Shown piece after piece: positions 29,566 to 37,977 of a stretch of DNA of 64,000 bases. Position 1 is the first letter of the stretch; every line of letters starts with the position of its first letter. Where the stretch lies: NCBI GenBank assembly GCA_039931265.1, contig JBDTSG010000001.1:4521-68520 (forward strand), given 5' to 3'. Under the pieces are notes generated by a model, which was given only the letters and a program-made list of their open reading frames with translations, did no database searches and was not told the origin of the DNA. The position numbers were made by a program, and so were the translations under genes. This stretch comes from Flavobacteriales bacterium. Lineage in GTDB: Bacteria > Bacteroidota > Bacteroidia > Flavobacteriales_F > PHOS-HE28.

Positions 29566-31695
29566 TCAGCGCGCCAAGATGAACGCTCCTTGCCTACGTA
29601 CATCGTGGCAATGGATCGCGTGCTCCTCGCACCAGCGGCGAACGTACCTCCTACTACCGAGTTCCATATCGGGTGCCAGCACAACATGTTGCGGAGCATG
29701 CAGGGCCATGAGTTGTTCCACCTCGAAGCGGCCGGGACCATGCAGCACAAGCACATCCAAAGGGAACGGCTGCCCTTGTTCCATGGATGTGTTCTCTCCG
29801 CGTTGATCCACCGGGCCGGCAGAAGCAAGGCGCACACGCAGATCACCGCTGCACCACAGCCCACCTCGGTGCACGGAGGTTCCTGTGCTTGTGGGAAAAG
29901 AATCGCTCACCGCCGAGGAAGTGACGGACCGGATGGTTTCCAAACCCCACTTCCGCACATGCGCATCAATGCGACGGCGCGCGTAAGCATCCGTTGCCGT
30001 TACGCTGTCCTCCATTACATCGATCTCCCGGCCGTGTACCATGGCCGCAAGCACCCCATCGCGATAGTCGTACACCACGAAGGCATCGCGATCCATGGTC
30101 GCATCAATGCGTTGGTACCAACCGATGAAGAGGATCAAAGCATATGCGGCCATCAACCATTTCACTCGGCGCCATTGCCATGCGACCATCGCCGATGCGA
30201 TGAAGATCAGTGCATAAAGCAGGGTACACTGCCAGCCGTCCATGCGGATCGCCGGGTATGCACCAGGCAGTTTGCCGAACCATTGCGCAGCTGCGCCCAT
30301 GAGCCACAACAGGAACTCCAGCACCCACTGTATGCACTCGCCCAATAGGGGTACATGCCCGAAGACCAATGCAACAATGCCTACGATGACAGCGGCGCTG
30401 CTGGCAGTTACCACCAATAGGTTGGCGGGCAGGAACCATGTGGGGAAGGCGCCGAACGCCCACAGCGACAATGGCGTGGTCATGAGCTGCGCGGCTACCG
30501 TAACGCTCAATGCCGACCAGATGAAATGCAGAACAACGTTGGGGGGCGACCACAACCGCATGAACGGTTTGTAGAAGAGGATGATGCCGAGTACCGCCAT
30601 GAACGAAAGCTGGAAACTCAGCTGCACCAGCATGGACGGATCCCATATCAGCAACAGGAAGGCGGCGGTGCTGAGGCTGTTCATCGGTTCGTTCTGCAAG
30701 CCGCGCATGTCGCTCACCGTGAACATGCTGAACATGATGGCAGCGCGTACGATGCTCGGCGACCAACCGGTGAGGCCGGTGAACGCCCACAACGAAGCCA
30801 GTACGAGTGTACCACGCGTCAGACGCGCCCATGTCCTCCTGCCCCACCAGCCCATCAGTTGCATCAGGATCCAATAGATCAGACCCACGTGCATGCCGCT
30901 CACCGCCAGCACGTGCATGGTCCCGCTGCGCGCAAAGGCATCGCGCTGTTCCGTGTCGATGTCGCTCCTGACGCCGAGGATCAGCGCCTTCACCAAACCC
31001 TTCTCGCGTGGCGCAATATCAAGCGCGTCGAACCATCCCGCAACGTTGGTTCGCCACACCTCGAAGAACGAAAAGAACGGCGGATCGTACGCGACACGCA
31101 TCCAGTTGCCGCTCTCAACGAACGCCTCGTGGAAGATCCCTTGCGAGCCCGCCCACTGTCCGCGATCGAAACCGCCCGGGTCGGCCACGCGATCAATGCG
31201 GTTCACCGGGGCGCGGATAGCGATGCGGTCACCTGTCCGCAATCCTTCGGACAAGCTATCGCGGCGCACCATCAACAGCACCCCACCCCGTGTTACTTCA
31301 CCACCGCTGCTGTCCAGCCAAGCCTCAGCGTCGGCCTTGCAGCGTACCACGCTCGGCGAAAGCCCAGTGACTTCCGTAATGTCCACGAGCAGCGGGCGAT
31401 GCTGGTCGGGCGCCACCACCAACCGATGCGGATCGTTGCCCGGCGCCCGCAGTGTCTGCCACAGCAACCCGAAGCCGAATGCGAAACACAAGAATGCCGC
31501 GCCGCGCCACCAGCGCCGGGCATATCGGCGCACCTGCCAGACGAGCAGGACCGTCAACAGCAGTGCACCGCACACGGCCCAAGCACTGGCCAAGTTGAGT
31601 TGCGCCGTGCGCGCGTAGGCCAGGCCCCCGATAAAAGGCAACACGGCCCGCAAAGCAGGCGAACGAATAACATCGCTCCAGGGACCTTTGACCAT
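29566..31695 (-). CDS. comEC: ComEC/Rec2 family competence protein
   Basis: P.GFD, G..HVLAVSGMHVG, S..RAA.M and SFQLSF.AV motifs. Confidence 0.92.
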   Translation of the reverse strand: MVKGPWSDVIRSPALRAVLPFIGGLAYARTAQLNLASAWAVCGALLLTVLLVWQVRRYARRWWRGAAFLCFAFGFGLLWQTLRAPGNDPHRLVVAPDQHRPLLVDITEVTGLSPSVVRCKADAEAWLDSSGGEVTRGGVLLMVRRDSLSEGLRTGDRIAIRAPVNRIDRVADPGGFDRGQWAGSQGIFHEAFVESGNWMRVAYDPPFFSFFEVWRTNVAGWFDALDIAPREKGLVKALILGVRSDIDTEQRDAFARSGTMHVLAVSGMHVGLIYWILMQLMGWWGRRTWARLTRGTLVLASLWAFTGLTGWSPSIVRAAIMFSMFTVSDMRGLQNEPMNSLSTAAFLLLIWDPSMLVQLSFQLSFMAVLGIILFYKPFMRLWSPPNVVLHFIWSALSVTVAAQLMTTPLSLWAFGAFPTWFLPANLLVVTASSAAVIVGIVALVFGHVPLLGECIQWVLEFLLWLMGAAAQWFGKLPGAYPAIRMDGWQCTLLYALIFIASAMVAWQWRRVKWLMAAYALILFIGWYQRIDATMDRDAFVVYDYRDGVLAAMVHGREIDVMEDSVTATDAYARRRIDAHVRKWGLETIRSVTSSAVSDSFPTSTGTSVHRGGLWCSGDLRVRLASAGPVDQRGENTSMEQGQPFPLDVLVLHGPGRFEVEQLMALHAPQHVVLAPDMELGSRRYVRRWCEEHAIHCHDVRRQGAFILAR

Positions 31696-31886
31696 CTTGG
31701 ATATCGTGCGATCGGCGAAGGCCGAAGCACATCATTACCATCCGATCCGGAAATACCCTGTTCACGGTATTTTTTCGGGGGTTCGCGCTGTGCTATCATC
31801 CGATCGCCCAGCACGCTGGGGTCCTCCCGAGCGCACCTGTCGGTCTAGAGCGCTGGCCCGCCTCTGCACAATGCGACTCCGTTGTG

Positions 31887-32049
31887 CGACCCCACCGGGG
31901 TCGGATACCACGTTGGGCTTGGTCATTCTAATTTCTGCGACCCCGCTGAGGTCGCGGACCTCCACAGAATTTGACCCCGAAGGGGTTCAAGGGATCAGAA
32001 CAAGTGAGCACGACGATGCTGCCTTTCGACCCGCCGTACGGCGGGGTCG
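31887..32049. repeat. Array of four GACCCC-n-GGGGTC hairpins (REP/BIME-like)
   Basis: cgaccccaccggggtcg (31887), gcgaccccgctgaggtcgc (31937), ttgaccccgaaggggttcaa (31971), cgacccgccgtacggcggggtcg (32027). Confidence 0.8.
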
Positions 32050-32092
32050 CAGAACTGCGTTGTCGCGAGGCGCAAAGACGTTACACCCAACC

Positions 32093-33283
32093 TCACACCA
32101 CCTGCAAAATGTGGCACTTGAGGTAGTGCGTCTCCGGCGCGCCCCATAGCACGGGATGGTCGGGCGGCTGGTTGCCAGTGTACACCTCGCGTAACTGCTT
32201 GCCGGCATCGCGGGCAGCATCGGAAATGGTCTTTTGGAAGAGTTCAGGCCCCATGTGGAAGGAGCACGAGCACGTTACGAGGAAGCCTCCTGTGTGCAGG
32301 CACTTCAGCGCGCGCAGGTTGATCTCCTTGTAACCACGTACCGCGTTCTCCAAGGCGCTCTTGCTCTTGGCAAAGGCGGGCGGGTCGAGCACGATCACAT
32401 CCCACAGCTTGTTGTTGCGGCTGGCATCCGTTAGGAAGTCAAAGACATTGGCTGCTTGGAAGGTGCAACGTTCCTGCAAGCCGTTCAGCTGGGCATTGCG
32501 GTTGGCCAAGGCAACGGCATCCTCGCTGATATCCAAGCCCAGCACGTCGCGCGCGCCGTGGTACGCGGCGTGCAGTGCGAAACCGCCCGTGTGCGTGAAA
32601 CAGTCGAGCACGCGGGCGCCGGCCGAGATGGGCGCCATGGCGGCATGGTTGCGCATCTGATCGAGGAAGTGCCCGGTCTTCTGGCCGGTGGCCACGTCCA
32701 CCTCCATGCGGATGCCGTTCTCGTTGATCACCAAGCGCGTTGGGAAGTCGGCACCCAAAGGGCCCTTGTGCTGCACCATGCCTTCCTTCTCGCGCACGGC
32801 CACATCGTTGCGCTCGTAGATCCCACGCGGTTTGAAGAGCGCGCGCAGCTCGTCCGCCACCACGTCTTTCCAACGCTCCATGCCCAAGGCAAGGGTTTGG
32901 ATGCTCAGCACGCATTCGCTGGGCGCATCGGCATCGTTGAACTTGTCCACGATGAGGGCCGGCAGCCCATCGCTTTCGCCGAAGACCACGCGGCAGCTGC
33001 CCGTGTAGCCCAGCCGTTGGCGGTGCAACCATGCATTGCGGATGCGGTGCCGGATGAAGCCCTCGTCCACGCGCACATCCATGCTGCGGGTGAACAGCCG
33101 CACGCGGATCACGCTTTTCGGATTGATGAAGCCCTGGCCGATCGGCCCTTTCTTCACATCCACCACCTCAACCACATCACCGGGCTCGAAGTCGCCTTCG
33201 CTCCGCAGCACCTGGCTGTCGAAGATCCACGGATGGCCGCCCAGCACTCGGCGATGCGGATCGGTGATGTAGATGCGGGCCAT
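32093..33283 (-). CDS. rlmI: RlmI-type class I SAM-dependent rRNA methyltransferase
   Basis: PUA-like GHPWIF, ESDGLP, GQKTG.FLDQ, LDCF.HTGGF, LDPPAF, TCSCS and YLK motifs. Confidence 0.9.
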   Translation of the reverse strand: MARIYITDPHRRVLGGHPWIFDSQVLRSEGDFEPGDVVEVVDVKKGPIGQGFINPKSVIRVRLFTRSMDVRVDEGFIRHRIRNAWLHRQRLGYTGSCRVVFGESDGLPALIVDKFNDADAPSECVLSIQTLALGMERWKDVVADELRALFKPRGIYERNDVAVREKEGMVQHKGPLGADFPTRLVINENGIRMEVDVATGQKTGHFLDQMRNHAAMAPISAGARVLDCFTHTGGFALHAAYHGARDVLGLDISEDAVALANRNAQLNGLQERCTFQAANVFDFLTDASRNNKLWDVIVLDPPAFAKSKSALENAVRGYKEINLRALKCLHTGGFLVTCSCSFHMGPELFQKTISDAARDAGKQLREVYTGNQPPDHPVLWGAPETHYLKCHILQVV

Positions 33284-33414
33284 GGTCGGGGGCTGTGGAA
33301 ACGCGGAAGATGTGAGGATGAAAACGGCGCGCCGCGAAGATGCGGGTTGATGGTGCTCTGAAGTGAACGGTTCCTGGCTTCGGTCTTGGGCTTGAGGTGG
33401 GCCAAAGACTTAAG

Positions 33415-33493
33415 GTCACTCGCCACAGGCGAGCGACAGTCCGCGCGATCCGAGCGGATGCGGGGCTGGCTCGCGCGCTAAAGCCGAGCTAGC
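33415..33493. repeat. Clustered REP-like hairpins
   Basis: gtcactcgcc-aca-ggcgagcgac (33415-33437) and gctggctcg...cgagctagc (33465-33493). Confidence 0.55.
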
Positions 33494-33511
33494 GCTGGGA
33501 CTACCGACCGG

Positions 33512-34045
33512 TCAATGCTTGGCCCATCTGCCCTCGATGTAATCTTGGTTAAGTGAGCATCCATCTTTGTTCATGAGGCCGTCATCCACAAACCGGCCAA
33601 GAATGTGCTCTTCAAGGTACTTGGAGTCCAGTCTTTCACGGAGTTGAGCATCTCGCGTGGACAAGTGGAAATTCGGGGCATCGCCACGAACAAAGACCCA
33701 TCCTGAATCGTCTCTTAGAGTAGCGAGGTATACTGTACCGTAGCCATTTCTACTGCCGTTCTCCAGATCGTAAATCTCCAACTCCATCGCAATCGCTTTC
33801 GTCCTGTCACTATTGAAAAGGACATTCCCTCCGGCTACGCGCTCAACGACGCCAGAGCTATCAACTGGTCTACTATCAATACGCTGATTGAATGCATGCA
33901 ATAGGGTTTGGTAGCTCTGTTCAGCACGGAGCGAACCTGTAGCTTCCCCGATACACTTTAGCGCCTTTACCTTAGAGTTGCATCCAATCAACAGAAGAGA
34001 CACGCACCCAAAGCAAACCGCGATCAACTGATTCGAGCACCACAT
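33512..34045 (-). CDS. Orphan putative lipoprotein with atypical, AT-richer composition
   Basis: 177-aa ORF; hydrophobic N-region ending in lipobox-like LIGC; frequent A/T-ending codons unlike neighbours. Confidence 0.7.
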   Translation of the reverse strand: MWCSNQLIAVCFGCVSLLLIGCNSKVKALKCIGEATGSLRAEQSYQTLLHAFNQRIDSRPVDSSGVVERVAGGNVLFNSDRTKAIAMELEIYDLENGSRNGYGTVYLATLRDDSGWVFVRGDAPNFHLSTRDAQLRERLDSKYLEEHILGRFVDDGLMNKDGCSLNQDYIEGRWAKH

Positions 34046-34048
34046 GGG

Positions 34049-34159
34049 TTAATTGTCTTTTCCCCCAACATAAGCTCGTATGGTTCCTTTGCTCTGACAA
34101 TCCCCTTCGCTTTGCAGCACCTGGCGGTGCGGGTCGGTGATGTAGATGCACGCGGGCAT
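34049..34159 (-). pseudogene. Remnant of rlmI 5' end fused to foreign sequence (36-codon mini-ORF)
   Basis: Translates MPACIYITDPHRQVLQSEGD-CQSKGTIRAYVGGKDN*; compare RlmI MARIYITDPHR[12 aa]QVLRSEGD. Confidence 0.8.
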
Positions 34160-34162
34160 GTC

Positions 34163-35386
34163 CTATCGCTCGCCAGCATTGAACGTGGCAGGCGAAGTAC
34201 CGGGCGCGGGTTCCTCGGGCACCAGGCTTTCATCCCGGAAGAAGTCCAGCGCGCTCAGGTCCACCAGATGCACATCGGTATAATAGTGGTGCAGGATGTC
34301 CGTGTAGTTCATGCCCGTGAGTGCCATGTGCATGGCTCCTTCCTGGCAGAGCCCTACCCCATGTCCGAACCCGCGACCTTCCAACAACACGTTCTCGCCG
34401 GTGGTATGGATCGAGAAGAAGCCACTGTTCAACTTCCAGTCGTGGCGCACATCTTCCAGCGGCACCGCAGGTTGCACATTGGGAAGGTAGAATGTGCGGC
34501 GGTGCGGTTCCATGCTCAGCGCACCGGCAATGGCTGCCGTATCCGTTGTGTTCACCTTCCACTTTTTCTGGAGGTACGCCAACCACTCCGCCTTGCCGAT
34601 GGTCCTGCTCCACACCGCATGCGGCTCGTGCATGCAAAAGGAATCCGTTACGGCACGGAGATAGGGCTCGGGCTTGCTCCACACATCCTCGCAGTTCAAG
34701 GTCTCGCCGCCGCAGTTGCTATGGAAGGTGGCGTGGATCAGCTTGATGCCCGCATCCACGAGCACCATGTCCTCCGTGGCCGCAACGGCCGCAACGATAT
34801 CCGGGTTCAGGGTCTTGCCTTGGTACACCTGGCAATGCACGCCGTCGCACACTTCAAAGCCTTCGGGCAGGTGCTTGCGGATATTCGTGAGCGCATAGGT
34901 GCGGCAGGTGACCGCCTGCAGTTTGTAGTACTCGGCGCAATGGTCCTTGCCGGCCTCGCTCTGGATCACGCCCGCCGTGTAGTCCTCCATGCCCACGTGG
35001 TTGGTGAGTTTTAACCGCGTTCCGCTGCGGTCCACGCGCAGATGTCCGGGATAGGTACGTTCCGCCAGTTTGCTGTCGAGCACTTTCAAGCGGAAGTTGC
35101 TCTGCGGGACTTTCTGCACCAACTCGATGTACTGCGCTGTGAAACTCGCTGCCAACGACTTCGCTTGCAGCTTTCCCGCCACCACTTCCACACGCAACCC
35201 GTCGTTGCTGAGCAGTTCGCCGGCTTTCTTCCCATCCGCCATGATGTTGTAGCCGCCCCCGGCGCTCAGCACCACAATGCGTTCCACCGGCCGATCACGG
35301 AGTATGCCCACGCGTAGCGAACGCTCTTGGGCGACGGACGCGACCTGCGCTACGCACAAGAGGATGAAAAGGAAGAGGCTGCGCAT
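34163..35386 (-). CDS. SpoIID/LytB domain protein
   Basis: E.Y..GV...E, K.QAV..RTY, CD..HCQVY.G, FHSNCGG and G.GFGHGVGLCQEGA motifs; signal peptide. Confidence 0.93.
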   Translation of the reverse strand: MRSLFLFILLCVAQVASVAQERSLRVGILRDRPVERIVVLSAGGGYNIMADGKKAGELLSNDGLRVEVVAGKLQAKSLAASFTAQYIELVQKVPQSNFRLKVLDSKLAERTYPGHLRVDRSGTRLKLTNHVGMEDYTAGVIQSEAGKDHCAEYYKLQAVTCRTYALTNIRKHLPEGFEVCDGVHCQVYQGKTLNPDIVAAVAATEDMVLVDAGIKLIHATFHSNCGGETLNCEDVWSKPEPYLRAVTDSFCMHEPHAVWSRTIGKAEWLAYLQKKWKVNTTDTAAIAGALSMEPHRRTFYLPNVQPAVPLEDVRHDWKLNSGFFSIHTTGENVLLEGRGFGHGVGLCQEGAMHMALTGMNYTDILHHYYTDVHLVDLSALDFFRDESLVPEEPAPGTSPATFNAGER

Positions 35387-35421
35387 GACGGCCGCGAAAC
35401 TACCGGCGGGTGTTGCCGTGC

Positions 35422-36543
35422 TCAGGCAACGCCGTTCAGACTTTTCCACACGCCATCGGCAACTCGTGCCGAAGCACCCGCACCACCGAGGACGTGCAGC
35501 AGGTCGGCCATGTCCCGATGCATGTCCCGGATGTACTCCTCGTCGTGCAGCAGGCGTTCCAACTCCGCGCTCAGCACGCGCTCGTTCATGTACTCCTGGA
35601 TCAGCTCCTGCACCACGGGCTTGTCCATGATGAGGTTCACCAAGCTGATGTACTTCACCTTCACCAACCGTTTTGCCAACCATACGTTCACCGCGCTGCC
35701 TTTGTAGCATACCGCCATGGGAACGCCGAACAAGGCCGTCTCCAGTGTGGCCGTGCCGCTGGTGACCAACGCCGCCTTCGACTTCCGTAGCACGCCGTAC
35801 GTGTCGCCGATCACCAGCTGCGCATCGGAGCCCTTCATCATCTCCTCGTAGTAGCTGCGCGGAACGCTCGGCGCAGCGGCCACCACGAAGCGCTCGCCCG
35901 GAAAGCGTTTCGCCACGTCCAGCATCACCGGCAACATGGTGCCGATCTCCTGTCGTCGGCTGCCGGGAAGCAATGCGACCTCACCCCCCTGCCCCCTCTT
36001 CCAAGGAGAGGGGGAGGTTAATACCGTGCTGCCGGAGATCTCGTCCAACAACGGATGCCCTACGAACTCCGCGTCCATGCCGTACTGCGCATAGAACTCC
36101 TTCTCGAAGGGCAGGATGGTGAACATGCGGTCCACCACCCGCTTGATCTTGTGGACGCGTCCTTTCTTCCATGCCCAGATCTGCGGGCTGATGTAGTACA
36201 GCACCTTGATGCCTTGCTCATGTGCCCACTCGGCAATGCGCAGGTTGAAGCCGGGATAGTCGATGAGCACCAAGGCATCCGGTTTCCATTCTGCGATGTC
36301 CTCCTTGCAGACACTGATGTTCCTAAGGATCGTGCGCAGGTTCATCACTACTTCGGCGAAGCCCATGAAGGCGAGCTCGCGGTAGTGCTTCACGATGTGC
36401 GCACCTTCCGCTTGCATGCGATCGCCGCCCCATGCCCGCACTTCTATCGTTGGATCTTTCGCGCGCAGCGCCTTGAGGAAGTTGGCCCCGTGCAGATCGC
36501 CGCTGGCCTCGCCCGCTATCACGTAAAGGCGCTTGCCGCTCAT
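35422..36543 (-). CDS. lpxB: Lipid-A-disaccharide synthase
   Basis: AGEASGDLHG, IDYPGFN, SPQIWAW, ILPFE, VGHPL, LLPGSR and SGTATLE motifs. Confidence 0.97.
   Translation of the reverse strand: MSGKRLYVIAGEASGDLHGANFLKALRAKDPTIEVRAWGGDRMQAEGAHIVKHYRELAFMGFAEVVMNLRTILRNISVCKEDIAEWKPDALVLIDYPGFNLRIAEWAHEQGIKVLYYISPQIWAWKKGRVHKIKRVVDRMFTILPFEKEFYAQYGMDAEFVGHPLLDEISGSTVLTSPSPWKRGQGGEVALLPGSRRQEIGTMLPVMLDVAKRFPGERFVVAAAPSVPRSYYEEMMKGSDAQLVIGDTYGVLRKSKAALVTSGTATLETALFGVPMAVCYKGSAVNVWLAKRLVKVKYISLVNLIMDKPVVQELIQEYMNERVLSAELERLLHDEEYIRDMHRDMADLLHVLGGAGASARVADGVWKSLNGVA
35978..36018. repeat. Palindromic repeat element lying in frame within lpxB
   Basis: acctcacccccctg-ccccctct-tccaagg-agaggggg-aggt hairpin encoding TSPSPWKRGQGGEV. 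Confidence 0.7.
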
Positions 36544-36869
36544 AGCCAGCCCAGCTTGCTGAGTTCATCGTAAGCGATCACCGGTACGATGTAGAGGCCA
36601 TAGGCGATCATTGCCGTGATCACACCCCGCATGGCTTTGTGGTGACCACCACGATCGAACACGAAGAAGAGCGCGGCATCGGCAATGAGGCTCAACGACA
36701 CGATCTGTGTGCGGTATTCGCTCGTACCGAGGAACAGGTCGTTGACGAACCAGGACATGTCGTGGTTCGGCCGTATGCCGGTGGTATAGATGAGGCCGTA
36801 GCCGAAGAACCCGAAGACCGGGAAGATGAGACCGAGGACGAAGCCGATACCGAACCGGTCAATGCGCAT
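36540..36869 (-). CDS. Hypothetical small membrane protein
   Basis: Three hydrophobic segments; overlaps the surE stop and lpxB start (operonic). Confidence 0.75.
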   Translation of the reverse strand: MRIDRFGIGFVLGLIFPVFGFFGYGLIYTTGIRPNHDMSWFVNDLFLGTSEYRTQIVSLSLIADAALFFVFDRGGHHKAMRGVITAMIAYGLYIVPVIAYDELSKLGWL

Positions 36870-37632
36870 GATCCCATGTGTTCAACTCCGCGATGGCATG
36901 GTGCGCCGTCATGTCGAACTGCACCGGTACAACGCTCGCATAGCCATTGTGCGTGGCCCACACATCAGTGTCCTCGCCATGATCCAGATCCTTGAAACGG
37001 CCCTTCAACCAGTAGTAGTCCTTGCCCATGGGATCGCGGCGCGCTTCGAAGTCATCCTCCCAGTTTCCCCATGCTTGGCGGCACACGCGCACACCTTTCA
37101 GCGGTTCGCCACTTTCCTTCGGAACGTTCACGTTGAGGCACGCACCCTTGGGGATCCCGTGCTTAAGTGCATTGGACGTTACGCTGCGCACGATCGGCCG
37201 CACGCGCCCGAAGTCGGCGTCGATGCTATGGTCCATGAGGGAGAAGCCGATGCTCGGTATCGCTTCCAGAGCACCTTCCACCGCCGCGCTCATGGTGCCG
37301 CTGTACAACACATTGATGCTGATGTTGCTGCCGTGGTTGATCCCACTCACCAATAGCGCGGGCTTGCCCTTGATCACTTCGTAGATGGCCAGCTTCACGC
37401 AATCCACCGGCGTACCGCTACAGGCGTACGCCTCCACTCCTTCCAGCAGGTCCACCTTCTGCAAGCGCAGGTAATGGTGTATGGTGATCGCATGGCCCAT
37501 GGCGCTCTGCGGCTTGTCCGGCGCCACCACGAGCACGCGGCCGAAGGCCTTCATCTCCTCCGCCAACGTGCGGATGCCCGTGGCTGTAATGCCATCGTCG
37601 TTGGTGACCAGAATGAGGGGTTGTCGATCCAT
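36859..37632 (-). CDS. surE: 5'/3'-nucleotidase SurE
   Basis: ILVTNDDG, VVAP...QS, GTPVDCV, SGINHG.N and YSGT motifs. Confidence 0.97.
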   Translation of the reverse strand: MDRQPLILVTNDDGITATGIRTLAEEMKAFGRVLVVAPDKPQSAMGHAITIHHYLRLQKVDLLEGVEAYACSGTPVDCVKLAIYEVIKGKPALLVSGINHGSNISINVLYSGTMSAAVEGALEAIPSIGFSLMDHSIDADFGRVRPIVRSVTSNALKHGIPKGACLNVNVPKESGEPLKGVRVCRQAWGNWEDDFEARRDPMGKDYYWLKGRFKDLDHGEDTDVWATHNGYASVVPVQFDMTAHHAIAELNTWDHAH

Positions 37633-37977
37633 TGCGGGGGCGAAGCTAAACCGGTCGGAAACGGAAGAAGGAATTGAAAGCCATGCCTTCCGTATTGAGG
37701 AAAATCGGGCTTGTGAGACCAACGCCGCTTTGGTAACCTGAACGGATCATCCCTCTGGGGGTCTTGCGTCGCGGGGGCCAACTCCTCTATTTTGCCCGCC
37801 CCCGAAAGGATCCAGCCATTCCCCAACACTTCAACGTGCGCATGCACTTACGCGGAGTCCATGCAGCAGGACAGCATGTCCCGTTGTGATCACACCGAGC
37901 CCATGCCTTGCGACCCAACCTTTTGTAACGGCTTCACTCTAACAACCAACTTCCCTAACCCAACAAACCCGACCAAA

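Noticed and set aside
31887-32049. Hairpin array as a CRISPR array or integron attC sites
   Set aside because: Units are short, degenerate and irregularly spaced, there are no cas or intI genes, and I see no RYYYAAC/GTTRRRY boxes.
37633-37977. 345-nt intergenic region as a riboswitch or ncRNA
   Set aside because: It is a divergent promoter region with only weak hairpins and a short tgtgatcaca palindrome; no recognisable RNA family motif by eye.
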